In this document: positions 12,063-23,970 of the stretch, in pieces
Layout of the letters: every line of letters begins with the position of its first letter
Numbering within the stretch: the first letter of the stretch is position 1
Assembly: GCA_010356995.1 (NCBI GenBank)
Contig: ML996697.1
Location: 729,793-793,792 of the forward strand
From: Trichodelitschia bisporula
Taxonomy: Eukaryota
Direction of reading: 5' to 3'
Length of the DNA stretch: 64,000 nucleotides
Program-made: the position numbers and the translations under genes
The notes under the pieces: generated by a model
The model's input: the letters and a program-made list of their open reading frames with translations, nothing else
Told to the model about the DNA's origin: nothing
Database searches by the model: none

Positions 12063-12411
12063 ATGGTAGGTTTGCCTCTTAATTAATTGGCGCGCACTGA
12101 CCAGCCAGCTCGATCGCCTTGTTGGACTCGCTATGCTCGCAGTAGCGTCCGCCGTCTTCCTCTACTACACCGTCTGGACACTATTGATGGTAGGCAAGCT
12201 CCCGTCCGATCTACTCTCACTGACAACGCAGCCCTTTGTGGACGAGGACCATTCTCTGCATGCGCTCTTCCCGCCGCGCGTGTGGGCCATCCGCATCCCC
12301 GTTATCCTCATCCTGATCGGCTCGGCCGTCGTGGGCTCCTTCCTCTCCGTCGTCATGATCCGCAGCAACCGCAAAAAGGCTCTGAAGGCGAAGCAGGCCA
12401 AGAAGGCATAG
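12063..12411 (+). CDS. DPM2: Dolichol-phosphate mannose synthase regulatory subunit 2
   Basis: ATG-only first exon. Introns 12066-12108 and 12190-12231 give MLDRLVGLAMLAVASAVFLYYTVWTLLMPFVDEDH..FPPRVWAIRIP. Confidence 0.93.
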
Positions 12412-12663
12412 GTCTTTTCGGGTGGTGTTTTGGGGGCGTGGGGGGATACCAGGGCGTGTGGGCTTAGTGGGTTAATGTAATCACATAATGGAGTCTGACG
12501 TTCCGCTTACTTGGTGCTTGGTGAAGCTCGACGAGTCACGGTCCTCAGCACGCATAAGGCTGAAAAGACTTTCACAGTCTGCTCGGACGACGTCAATTAT
12601 TATTCGAGCTGGATAGCCCAGCGCATGTTCAAACAGTCCAACGCCTGAAATACCAGAGTGTCA

Positions 12664-14384
12664 TCACCAATCCTCCATCTTGCGGTCCATCTCCTCCCTC
12701 CACCGGTCACCATAATGCTTCATGGCCCAAATCACTACACACCCACTGATGAGCGCCACAATCGCCAGAATAGTACACAACCAGCCATTTCCAAGAGCCT
12801 TGATCAGCGGATGTGCAACAATGCCACCAACGCACGAGAAGATATTCCGCACGAAGTTGTTGACCGCAATTCCAGTACTCGCCTTGCGCGGCATAAACTC
12901 AGTCAGCATCGTCGTCGCCATGGCAAAGACAATCATGCTCCCCAGACCGAAGAAGAAGTTGGCAATCAACTACCCGAGTTAGCCTCTCCTATCCAAAAGG
13001 GGAACATACTCACTGGCACAATCCAATGCGTGTGCTTCTCCGCACTCCACCCGTACCACACCAACGCCAGCGGAAACATAACAGCCGACATCCAGGCATT
13101 CTCCCGCATACGATCCTCAGGCCTGAAAATCAACTTCCCATCCGCATCGATGCGGTCCGCCTTCCGCGCCTCGCGCTTCATGATATGGTCGAGCCAGCGC
13201 CCGCCCCCCACCGACGCCAGGATATACCCAACCGACATAGGTATATAACAAAGCCCAACAATGAGCGTAGAGAAGCCATACGGCGGATCCGAAAACGTCT
13301 CCTCAACGCTAATGTTCAGGAAATAAAGCGAGCCGAATGTGATACTGGCGTAGTACACCGTAATCGCCACGGCCGGAAACCGCAGCAGCAAGATAATGCG
13401 CAGCGGGTCGAGGAAGCACCGCCGCAGGATAGCCGCCGTGCGCTTCGTGCCTTGCACTACACTTACGGCCGTGGTCGTGCGGCGCAGACTAGCGGACGGT
13501 CGTTCCTTCTCTTCCTTCGCCTCGGGCATCTTGACTTCCTTCTGCCGCAGCGTCTCGGGTAGCAGAAATATCAAGGCTGCCAATACCACCGCGCCGTAGA
13601 TGGCGGTGAACCACTGTGTCGACCGCCACCCCAAGCCCTGCGCCAATGCACCCCCGATAATCGGCGCAAAAAGCGGCCCGCACAGCGGGCCTAGGTAAAA
13701 AATACCCATGGCGCGGCCGCGCTCCCTTGGCTCCCAGATGTCGGCAATCGTCCCCGCGCCCACGGCCTGGACACTCGCCGCCGCACCACCGGACAACACA
13801 CGCATGACGATGAGCATGCCAATGCTATTCGACACCGCAGACAGAATACTGAACAAAACAAACAGCGTGAAAGACACGACGTAAATAGTCCGCCGGCCAA
13901 GCGTCTCGCTAAAGCTGCTCCACCACAGCGGGAAGATGCTCATGCTGAGCATGTACAGCGCGACGGCGAGATTGGTAACCGTGGGCGAGGAATTGAAGTC
14001 GGACGCGATGATGAGCAGGGAGGGCATGATGATTGCGGAGCCCATGGGCGCGGCGGCGGCGCAGAGCGCGATGAGCGCTGTTATTGACCATTTCGTGCGG
14101 CGGGTGTAGAGTGTTGGCTGCGGCGTTTCGGGGATGAGGGCGAAGCGCGCGAAGAGCCCTCTGCGGAGGTGTTTGGGAACAACGGGGACAGCGAAGGTGG
14201 TGGACGCACGGGATTCGGGACGGGGAGGTGGTGGTGAGTGTGATTTTGAGTCCGATAGCGAGGGCGAGGCTGAAGGTGACTGGGCGGACTCGAGATCGAT
14301 ATCCAGTTCATGAACAGACGTCGCAGCCGAAGGCGCGGAGCCCATATCCTTGTCGTCCTTAGAGTGCATACCCGCCATCTCCAT
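12664..14384 (-). CDS. MFS drug:H+ antiporter (DHA1 family)
   Basis: Motifs WSSFSETLGRR, GAGTIADIWEPRERGRAMG and LPET. One intron at ~12970-13013. Confidence 0.92.
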
Positions 14385-16177
14385 TCACGATGATGCAATA
14401 AGCTCAGCCAACGTCAAAAATCCAAGCTCCGCGGCGCAAAAAAGCGTCCCAATCGTCCAACTCATATACCGCAAACAAGCTTTCCCCAGCACTGCCGCCC
14501 GATCCGACCACGGTGACTGAAAAGTGGAGTCGCGCCCCCCTCAGCGCAATGATGATTCGAAATCCAGTGACCGCGAGCCCAGCGGCGAGATGCCGCAACC
14601 CGGCCATGCGCCCTCGCTCCCTGTGCCTTGTCCGCCTGCGGGTGGCGGCTGGCGGGCCTGCTGCATTGCGTTGGAGGCATGGTTGAGACGGTAGCGCTAG
14701 CGCGTGCCGTGTGAACCGTTCGTCGTGATGCGCGGGGCGGCGAAAAAGCTTGTGAGCTGGCGATGCCGGATTGCCGCTGCGGGGGTTGCGGGCCGGGGTG
14801 GGGTTAGGCGCTGGGAGACGAGATCGGGAGACAGCCCTTTCGGATCCTGGACTATGGGTATAAAAGGAGGGGTTGACTCGAATGCTCGAGGGTACGACGA
14901 ATTATTGATCGCGTGCGCCGGTTGTCGCGGTCTGCTCTTTTGTGGCATCTCAACGGCCTGCGATGTTTGTCAACGGCGTGGTGTTTAGCTTGTGCAACGG
15001 GCGGGATTGTTCGACGCTCACTGCGTGGCAGTGGGCCAATCACGGCGTTTGGCCGGGAATATGCCTCGGGGAACAGGCGTTGGGACATGCGTTGACCGGC
15101 ACGCCATTTCGTCATGTGGAAGAGCTGAATAGATATCTTCAATTGCCGCCTGGAGCTGACGACAGCGCTTATGAGCGGGTACGTTCGGTACATACGCGTT
15201 TATATAAAGCGTCTTTCGAATTCGAATCGACTGGAGAGACGAGACTCTAGAGCAGTCATCCCCGGCCGGAGAGTCGGTGTGAGAACTACGCACTACGTAA
15301 CTTGGCATACCCGGCTAGGTGGCCTGCATCGGCAATGTGGGTACCATCGGCACAGTCATCTCACCTCGCGAACACCTGCGGGCCGCGCCATAATGGCCGT
15401 TGAGAAGGAGGTGCGTATGCCAATGCGTCATGCGGGCCATGGAAGGTTATGTAGGACGTTAATACTCGAACAGGCCAACATATCCGTCTGGTTGCAGCAA
15501 TTATCTGCAGTTCGTTGCGTTCATGTTGCATTCATGATTGTTCCATGTTAGATGCTGAATCCGCTAGTTCTGGACTCGTCGAGGTCGCGTCACCACTTTC
15601 CGTCAGCACAAGACCGCAACGGCGGCCGGGCTGACTACCCAGCACCTGTCAAAACTGGTCTCCAACATGCAGTTTCAACATATACCGCACACTCCATTAG
15701 GCGCGATTCAATTGACGCAGCATACTAGTCGATCTACTCGACCAGAGCAGCTTTTAAACAGCTATGGCCAGTGCCCGTAAAGTAGCTGAACTGCAAGGCT
15801 TCAAAAGGTTGGAGACCTGCTTTGAGTGCAGCACTTTTCGTGGTACGCATGTCGAGATCCCTCAAAAAATCCGCTCTTGAGCCAGATGGTACTGTAGCGC
15901 TTATAGAGTGTACTCAAGCAGTAAAAACCTCGTCAGAGGGCAGACGCCCTCAGAAATATCCCTTGAAGGTAAGGTTTAGGGTTAGGGTTGGACTCGGGCT
16001 TCCAGAAGCCTAACGCCAAGCCCGGCCTCGAATCGGCTACGCGCGGGAAGCGGGGTGTACCCGAGCTATCCGGCATCACGACCTCAACCACAATCTCGAC
16101 ATTGCAACCTTAAACACGCCCCTCACCAAACCTCCGCACACCATCCTCACCAACCCCACCACAAACACCCACCCAAA

Positions 16178-17026
16178 ATGCCCCCAACCGGCGGCCCTCC
16201 CACCCCAGCCGACCGCGCCCGCCTCGCCGCCACCTTCACCAACTCCCCCCCAAACCCAACCTCCCGCTGGAACGACCTCTGGGCCTCGTCCTTCACGCCC
16301 TGGGACCGGGCCGGGCCCTCCCCGGCCCTTGCGGACACCCTCTCCCAAAAAGCTGATCTACTCGGCCAGCCCGCCGTCGCCGGAACGGATGGCAGCACCA
16401 CCCGCGCCCGCGCCCTCGTCCCCGGCTGCGGGCGGGGGTACGACGTGCTCCTGCTCGCGAGCGCGGGGTACGACGCCTGGGGGCTGGATAGCAGCGGCGT
16501 CGCGGTCGGGGAGGCCGAGCGGTACGCGGCTGAGGCCGGAAACGACGAGGGTATCTACCCGCTTATAAACCCCGAGGTTGGACGCGGAGCAGCGCACTTC
16601 CTAGAGGGCGATTTCTACGCGCGGAACTGGGAGGCGGGCATTACCGGCCTGGCTGAGGACGGAGGATTTGATCTAATCTACGACTACACCTTCCTGTGCG
16701 CTATGAACCCGCCCATGCGCCCCGCGTGGGCTTCGCGTATGCGCGAGTTGCTGCGGCCGGGGGGCGTGCTGGTGTGTCTTGAGTTTCCGACTGCGAAGAC
16801 GAGCTTGAGCGAGGGGGGGCCGCCGTGGGCGTGTCCGAGTGCGCTGCACCGGGTGTTGCTGGGGTGGCCGGGGGAGGAAGTGCCGTACTCCGACGGCGTG
16901 GTAGTAGAGTCCCCGGGGCGGGCGAAGAGCGAGAAGGCGCTTACCCAGCTGGGCCACTGGAAGGCGGAGAGGACGCATGCGGGGCAGGGGACAGATTGGG
17001 TGAGTGTGTGGCGGCGGGAGGGATAG
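16178..17026 (+). CDS. SAM-dependent thiol/halide methyltransferase (TPMT family)
   Basis: Motifs WNDLW..TPWDRAGPSPAL, ALVPGCGRGYDV, FDLIYDYTFLCA and GGPP. Confidence 0.9.
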   Translation: MPPTGGPPTPADRARLAATFTNSPPNPTSRWNDLWASSFTPWDRAGPSPALADTLSQKADLLGQPAVAGTDGSTTRARALVPGCGRGYDVLLLASAGYDAWGLDSSGVAVGEAERYAAEAGNDEGIYPLINPEVGRGAAHFLEGDFYARNWEAGITGLAEDGGFDLIYDYTFLCAMNPPMRPAWASRMRELLRPGGVLVCLEFPTAKTSLSEGGPPWACPSALHRVLLGWPGEEVPYSDGVVVESPGRAKSEKALTQLGHWKAERTHAGQGTDWVSVWRREG

Positions 17027-17057
17027 CGCTCAAATTGCCCTCGAAGACAGTACCGCT

Positions 17058-17954
17058 TCACGCCTTTCTTAAGCTGTTGTAGTGCTCGCCCAGTCCGAAT
17101 CCGTGCCGGTAGTACGCAAGCCAGATCTTCTTCCCCTCCGCCCCTTTTTCCGGCCCTTCAATCTCATGCACGCTCCCATCCCCATCCAACACGCAAATAT
17201 CAACACCATACGCCTTCGCCAGCGCCAATAACTCGAGCTGCCCACCCCACTCCCCCGTCTCGCCCACCTTCCGCACATACTCTGTCAACGGCTCCTCCAA
17301 GAACCCCTCAAACTCCCCCCCATGCCGAGCAATATACTCCGCCGCCGTCCGCCGCACAAGCCTATACCCCTCTTCCCTCCCCTCATCCTTCCCCTCTCCC
17401 TCCCCAACAACCGTAGCCTCAATCCTCGGCTTCAACCCCACAAGCGGCAACTGGTCCGCAACGGCCGCATACAAACAGTGGCCATCCGCACGCACCTCCC
17501 GCTCCACCAACCCCCTCGCCTTAAACGCGTCTTGTAACGCCGCGCGCTCGCGTGCCCGTAGGTCCGGTAGACTCGCGGCTTCGGCACGGGCTTGAGCGGC
17601 TGCTTCTTCTGCTTCGGCGGCGCGGCGGGCGAGGCGGGCTTTTTGGCGGTTTGGTTTGCGGGCGGGGGTTGCGACGGGCTGGGGCGTGGGGGTATCGGCT
17701 GGATTGGAGGCGGTGGGAGTATTGGGTTGCTCGTTGGCGGTGAGAAGATCGTCTGGTGTGTCTGCCGGGTCGGCGGTATCGGCGGTCAATTCCGCTATCT
17801 CAGCAGCGTGCCGCTCGCTCAGCTCGGCTTCCAGTGCGGCGCACTCGTCGTTGACGCCCTTGCGAGTCTTTTTAGTGGCTGCTTTTTTCTTCTGTGTAAT
17901 GCGGGACTGGAGGTCGCGGGTTTCTTTGCGGTGGCGCGCCAGGAGGGCGTCCAT
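17058..17954 (-). CDS. OTU2: OTU-domain cysteine protease (Otu2/OTUD6-like)
   Basis: Motifs LLARHRKE..LQSRITQKKK, DGHCLYAAVADQL, WGGQLELLALA and LGEHYNSLR. Confidence 0.92.
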   Translation of the reverse strand: MDALLARHRKETRDLQSRITQKKKAATKKTRKGVNDECAALEAELSERHAAEIAELTADTADPADTPDDLLTANEQPNTPTASNPADTPTPQPVATPARKPNRQKARLARRAAEAEEAAAQARAEAASLPDLRARERAALQDAFKARGLVEREVRADGHCLYAAVADQLPLVGLKPRIEATVVGEGEGKDEGREEGYRLVRRTAAEYIARHGGEFEGFLEEPLTEYVRKVGETGEWGGQLELLALAKAYGVDICVLDGDGSVHEIEGPEKGAEGKKIWLAYYRHGFGLGEHYNSLRKA

Positions 17955-18194
17955 GGCGGTGTTGTCTTGGGGAGGTTTGGGTGGGAGTTGAGGGCGAGGT
18001 GGACGGGCGTGGGGATGTGGTGGGGGAGGGGCAGGGATGCTTTGTGCGAGCAAAAATGATTGCCTGCCATCGGAGGCCTGAGAGGAGCGGGGACGGTAGC
18101 GATTTCCTTTGCGGCCAGGCGGCTAGCGTGCGCACATCCGCAGCCTTGTGCTAAAATGAAGAGCGAAAGGACAAAAAGATAATATCGCTCTCAT

Positions 18195-18282
18195 AGCCCG
18201 AGGCGGGGCTCGAACCCGCGACCTTGAGATTTATTCAGGGGTGAATAAGAGTCACACGCTCTACCGATTGAGCTACCCAGGC
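18195..18282 (-). tRNA. tRNA-Lys(CTT) with 15-nt intron
   Basis: GCCTGGGTAGCTCAATCGGTAGAGCGTGTGACTCTTA[TTCACCCCTGAATAA]ATCTCAAGGTCGCGGGTTCGAGCCCCGCCTCGGGCT; A and B boxes are present. Confidence 0.93.
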
Positions 18283-19448
18283 TGATTGATGGAGGTCAGG
18301 GTTTTGATTTAATACATGTTGCAATTGTTTTGGACTCCGTTATTCGGGCTTGAAAGCACGATATGCGTGCTAACTCCACTGTCTGGATTCTGGTCAGCTT
18401 GGTCCGTGGTGAGAATAGCTCCAAAGTCTCTCTGTTTGGCAGCCATACTTCCCTAAGGCTGAAGCTCTTGTTGATACCCTCTAGCAAGATCACGTCGAAA
18501 CGGTCCGGTAGGTACTGGGCTTCGGCAAATCCGTGTCCAGCGATGTCATGTCTCGGAGTGAGAACTCCATTGCGGCTGTAAGGGGCTATTTCATGCTGCA
18601 ATCCAGAAGGGCATAGACGATCAGTTCAATTACAGAGACTGGCTTTCACAAGTCCTCCGTTTGCCGCCTTGCGCGGCATAGCGTAACACGGCGATAAGCT
18701 GAGGTCGCCTAGAGCAATAACATTGGTTCAGAAGAACTGGAAAGGCTGAAAGGCACTATGAACATGATGGGTGCTTTCGAACGGCCCGCTGGATGCTGAA
18801 CAATATTTATCCGACCTTTTAAGGTTAGTACAAACTTCAACTTCACGTCGGGCAGCGCAAGCATCTACTTCCACCAACTCACGTTCCCTCGTCGTATTTC
18901 CCGCTCAACAAATAATTTGCTCGAATGGTATATAAAGTATGCAAGCTTGCCGCGCTGCATATGCAGACATATGCTGGGTTCGGCGGTCTTTGGCGAGACA
19001 TGCGCCCAGCTGGATTTTTTCGCTGCTCGTTGTCCCGTTGCAGCCTTGCGCATCTCTGTCCGACTGTACCTGATTTATACTCTTTCTTCCTCTTCGGCCT
19101 CTCTTAGGCTTAGGAAGGTCCCGAATAGGCGAGGTACTTATGAAGACCACTATTCAGACTGGTTTAAGCAAGGCCCTGATGCTGGAGAGGCGCGTTGGCA
19201 GTTTGGTTGCCGAGCCTATATTCTCTATCAGTCGGTAGGGTACAAGGCTACCCGAAAGGTCGTGACCGGTCCTCCCCCCGGCTTTTGCTGTGTCATACCC
19301 GTACAGACTGTCCGCGGGGGCTGCGCTCACGACTCTTTCGGGTAGCCCTTGATATTTAGTGACCGAGCGCAACTGTAGAAGGCAGCCGCAATTCAATATC
19401 GAGTTCCCAAAGACTTGCTCCACGATCCGCCACATTCTTCAAAACGAC

Positions 19449-19966
19449 ATGTCCCTTGCAACAGCGGTAATCGGCATTGCTCGGGAGCACTATTCAGCAT
19501 ATGTCAACTTCCTGACGATTGTCCTTGAGCCTCTCAGAATCACCATCGATATTGAAGAAGAGTACGATACTCACTTTCGGCGCTGTAACTTCGTCAATAC
19601 CTCGCGTGATAATGTACTAGTGATTTGGACAGGCCCTCTGTCCCTTAAGGCCTTTCCAAATTCCTGTCCTTGACTAAGTCTGCGGTTCGCAGCTGAGAGT
19701 GAGTTCCGTAAGTTACGCAAAGATAGTTGGCTAAGCGGGGTCTAGGTGCGCAACAGGTCGATGTTTTTCGTGAGCGCAGCCTGAAGGCTGGAGGGGAGGA
19801 GAAAGAGAATAAATTTTCGTCTTACCATGTAAAAGGGAGGAAGCAAGTTGGTCTTCAAGATCCGGTTCTGACGTCGAGGATTGTCTGTTTCTACGACCCT
19901 CCGGCCAAGGGCGACCCTGACGACGACATCACGGCTGCACGCACTCTCACGGGTTCAACGTACTAG
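19449..19966 (+). pseudogene. VOC/glyoxalase-like gene, copy 1, with premature stop
   Basis: MSLATAVIGI..YVNFLTIVLEPL..P*LSLRFAAES(intron 19699-19745)AQQVDVFRERSLKAGG..LQDP. In-frame TGA at 19671-19673. Confidence 0.7.
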
Positions 19967-20662
19967 GCGGCAAAAGCTATGTCAGAACGGCCATGACTTT
20001 CTCAGGTGGTCCTTTTCCGTTCCTTCCCCTAGCAGTTCCTCTAGCCTAGCATTTTCATATCCAGAATGTGAACATCTTTAGAGGGAGCGCTTTCACACAA
20101 ACATATGAGCAGCGGGGGCAGCCCAACCAACCCGTCGGGGGTATCTCATCGAGCTTTATCACGCGCTTGTACGGAGTATATCAGCCATTTATTTTTCTAG
20201 CATCTTCGTCTGAATGGCCGATACGCGCCACGGGATGCATTCATGCCCGCAATCAGACCACGTAGGTAAGGTGCATGTGAAGGCAACCACTCAGAGCAGG
20301 CTGAGCAAGGCCCTGGTCCATGAACGCCCGTGAGTGCATCTTTGTCGTTCACAGGTTTCGAAGATGCGGGGTGCTTGCCAAGGCGGCCTTTTGATCAGGC
20401 TGAGCAAGGGCTCGGTGCTGTGTTGGCACCTTTTCTGTAGGCATCTGTATCTTCTTAGCTACTCTAGCCAGTTATATGCGATGGAGGTGGCACACGGGAC
20501 GGACCCATGCGGATGGTGAGTTGGCAATCAGGCTGTCGGGCCTCGACTTTGTAGCATTCGGTAGCGTACTTAGTGGCGACCTCCGCTGTGGAAGGCCGCC
20601 GCAATCGAACACTGGGTTCCCAGATACTTGCTCCGCCATTTACCGCATTCTCTCCAAGCGAT

Positions 20663-21165
20663 ATGTTCCTTAAAGGAGTAGGAATAGGTGTTCCTGCGCT
20701 CGACTTTCAGCCATATGTCGACTTCTTGACGATTCTCCTTCAGAGTCTCGGAGTCACCGCCTCTGCCCAGTATTCGCGAGGCGACCTGATAGCTGTCGAC
20801 TTCAGTTCTGCGTCATCTGAGGAGGTTATTACAGTTAGTTCAAATTTAAAAGTTCCTTCATTAGGTACGAGTAATGGCTATTTGCCAAGGCTACGCTTCA
20901 TCGCCGAGAGTGAGTCTGCCGATCTCCGCAGACATAGTTGGCTAAGTACCCGTACGATCCAGCTCAGAAGCAATTCGACCAGTTCCTTCAGTATGGCCTC
21001 GCGGCTGGAGGGGTGGAATATGAAGTGCGGAATTCGAACGGCCATAAGGTGACTGAACTGCAAGATCCATTTACTGGGATGTGGCATTCCTGTTATTATA
21101 CGCCTCCGGTGGCGCTTCGTTTGAAGGATTCTTCCACGATTTCTCCAGCACCTGCTTTAACTTAG
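20663..21165 (+). CDS. Divergent VOC/glyoxalase/bleomycin-resistance-like protein, copy 2 (~149 aa)
   Basis: MFLKGVGIGVPALDFQPYVDFLTILLQSLG..RLRFIAET(intron 20910-20962)QKQFDQFLQYGLAAGG..LQDPFTG. The frame is open after splicing. Confidence 0.65.
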
Positions 21166-22122
21166 CGAGTTCTCCAGCGATTCACCATCATATTCAGAAC
21201 TTGTACGTCTCGGGAAACAAGTTGCCAGGCGTCTCGGATCGTGGGCGGATCCAAGAATTGCCAGAAGACAGATAGGAAGAAGACGGCAGCGCATCTTCGT
21301 GATCGCGGAGAAGAAGCGAAAAGGCTCATTTCCTAGCATCTCTGACCGCTTGCCAAGAGCAGCTCACAACCTGCGTGGCACAGATAGCCTGAGAGTACTC
21401 CAAAGATTGAATTCAACTGTCTTTCCCAAGTCGAGTTTCCCACAGGCTTTTAATATATCTTCTTCAAAGGAGAAACACAACTGAGTGATGTGTCTGATGT
21501 TGGATCAAGGTTATTGCAGGTGATAGTCCCGCATACGTGATTGAGAAAAGTTCACCAGGCTCAATAAAGGGTCGTGAGGGTGAACTGGACACATGATGCC
21601 AGGCTGTTTCTATCTGGCGTTCGTGAAACCGGATTTGGCCCATCTGAGGCAACATCTCCTGAAAACAACACACCGAAGGCGAGCTCAATCCACAAAATAC
21701 TCATGAGCGAGTCGATGTTGTATGAATTGCGGGCGCTGCGGGGTTGTGATATGACAGACGCGGGGAATCGTGTGCCCGTACGTCGGACTCCGATTTGAAT
21801 GCCTCACCATGCAAGCGTGCCTGCGACGGAGACGGCCGCCTTCCGCGCGCCGAGCGGGACGCGCGGGTAGGACTTAAGCCCCACAGTTTCTCCAGACGTC
21901 GGTGAAGCAGCAACAACCTCCCCTTTCGTCCCTTTCGATTCTGCGTTTTCTTGCATCGCGTGGGCGTTTGAACATAACGGGATTCCAAGTGCCGAAGTTT
22001 TTCACTGCGAGGGGAGTCGAGCCTGCCTACTGAATTCGGAACCGCGAGACCATTGAACGGCGGACGAAGTGCAACCACTGCTACTACCACCAACACCAGA
22101 ACTGCGAACTCCCGCACACGCA

Positions 22123-22542
22123 ATGGCCGACTCCCGCCCCCCAATCACTTGCCACATCCTCGACACCACGGCCGGACGCCCAGCGCCCAGCATCCCCGTC
22201 ACACTGACCCTGCTGTCCGCGACAGGCAGCCACACCAAGATATCCTACCTGGGCACAACCAACAGCGACGGGCGCGTCGGGGTCTGGATCTCGTCCGGCG
22301 CGCAGGAGGCTCCGCCGCTGGAGGTCGTCTTCGGCCAATACGGTGGCGCGCTGATGTGGGAGCTGCGGTTCGAAGTGCAGGAATACTGGGCGGTGCAAGG
22401 CATCACGCCTTTCTTCCCTGTCGTCAATGTGCGCTTCCAGACGCAGGGGTTCTTGGGCATGAGGAGCGGGGAGCGGACCCCGCATTGGCATGTTCCGCTG
22501 CTGCTGGGTCCGTTTGCGTACTCGACGTACCGGGGCAGTTAG
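22123..22542 (+). CDS. 5-hydroxyisourate hydrolase (transthyretin-like)
   Basis: Motifs ITCHILDTTAGRPA, TNSDGR, PFFP and HVPLLLGPFAYSTYRGS (C-terminal YRGS signature). Confidence 0.96.
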   Translation: MADSRPPITCHILDTTAGRPAPSIPVTLTLLSATGSHTKISYLGTTNSDGRVGVWISSGAQEAPPLEVVFGQYGGALMWELRFEVQEYWAVQGITPFFPVVNVRFQTQGFLGMRSGERTPHWHVPLLLGPFAYSTYRGS

Positions 22543-23920
22543 GTTGGAGATGGATGGGAGGGGATGGGGAACGGATGGGCGGGAGAGACAATACTTGAGA
22601 ATGAGAGCTGGGGGGTTGAATGGGGGGTGTATCAGGTTGATGGGCCACATGGGATTGCGTGCGCGGCTCCGGTGGCGATCTGGGGATTATGGAGCAGGAG
22701 GGGTGAGCGTGCCGTGTCGGCCGGGCTGGGTGTTCAAGATATGGAGGATTGCTTGCCGTCCCGTGGTGCAGAATGATCGGCTTTTGGAGGAGGGAAGATG
22801 GGGCGATCTGGATATCACGGACTAAAGATCGGGGAAGATTCGCTGCCGCTGTCGCTTGTGTCTTGTGCCAAGAGCCGGCTTGATATTACCTTGCTCGAGT
22901 ATGTTGATTTGGTGATGTGCAGATTGTTAGATGGGCTCAAGGGCCGATTTTGCGTGTTGCTTGTTAATGCTCTCTGAGGCCTTGGGCTGGTTTGCCAAGA
23001 GGAATTGCGAGTCGACGGCAGAACGGGAAGCACGGGATGCCGCGTGACCTCGTAGAGAGGTTTTGGCCGGTAAATTAGCGTTTAAATCTGGGCGGGAAGT
23101 ATGTGGCTGGGATCGGCCGGGATGAGAACGAATGAATAGCGTACAAAGCGCGCTAGTGCGACGGTAGCGCTGTATCGCTCAGTAGCGCAAAACAGAAGTA
23201 AGAAAAAGGCTGGGTCTAGTGTGCGAGATGACATCAGGCCCGTCGTCACCACCTTTCCTCTCTCTTTCCTCACCCGCACACTTTCTTCCACCTCAACTCC
23301 GTCGCTCGTCGACTCAGCGTCTACTCGCTTCTATCTTGCATTTCACCTTCGTGAGTGACTTGCTCGATACAAGTTAGCCAATCTCTCCTTTCCACCAAAA
23401 CTCTCCCAGCCTCCGCGTCATCCTCGTCCTCGCCGCCCAGCCCCGTTCCCGTCCTTTGCGCCCCTGCGTCCCCCCGTCGCTGGCAACTTCGTCATCGCGC
23501 GACAACCCCATCCACCACACACCAACTACGCATTGCGCGCGAGCAGCACAACAGCACAACCGGAAACAAGGCGATCTGCACCGACTGCACATTTCGACCA
23601 TACCACAACTACACTTACTGGGACAGTCGGAGAATTATCTTTTTCGACCTCTCAGTTTTATTCCGTCCGTTACGCCGCGGACGTGGGAGAGAGACAGAGA
23701 GAGAGAAAGGACAAGGGAAAAGGAACCATCTTTTTGTGTGTTCCCTCCATCGAACACGAGACCTTAATCGACCGGCAACACTTGTCTATTTCTCTTCTCG
23801 GACCAGAACACGGCTCAGGATTCGGCTGGCTTAAAAATCAACCGTTGCAGGGCCGTCGACTCCTTTTCCTTGTCGCGCCACTCTTGCTGGTTTGTCCACT
23901 ACTCGCGTTCCGCTGTAGCG

Positions 23921-23970
23921 NNNNNNNNNNNNNNNNNNNNNNNNNNNNNNNNNNNNNNNNNNNNNNNNNN
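23921..23970. other. Assembly gap (50 N)
   Basis: Run of N followed by a C-run, upstream of atfA. Confidence 1.

Noticed and set aside
19671..19673. TGA as selenocysteine or programmed readthrough
   Set aside because: No SECIS-like element was seen, Dikarya are not known to use Sec, and the paralogue has no Cys at this position; a nonsense mutation is simpler.
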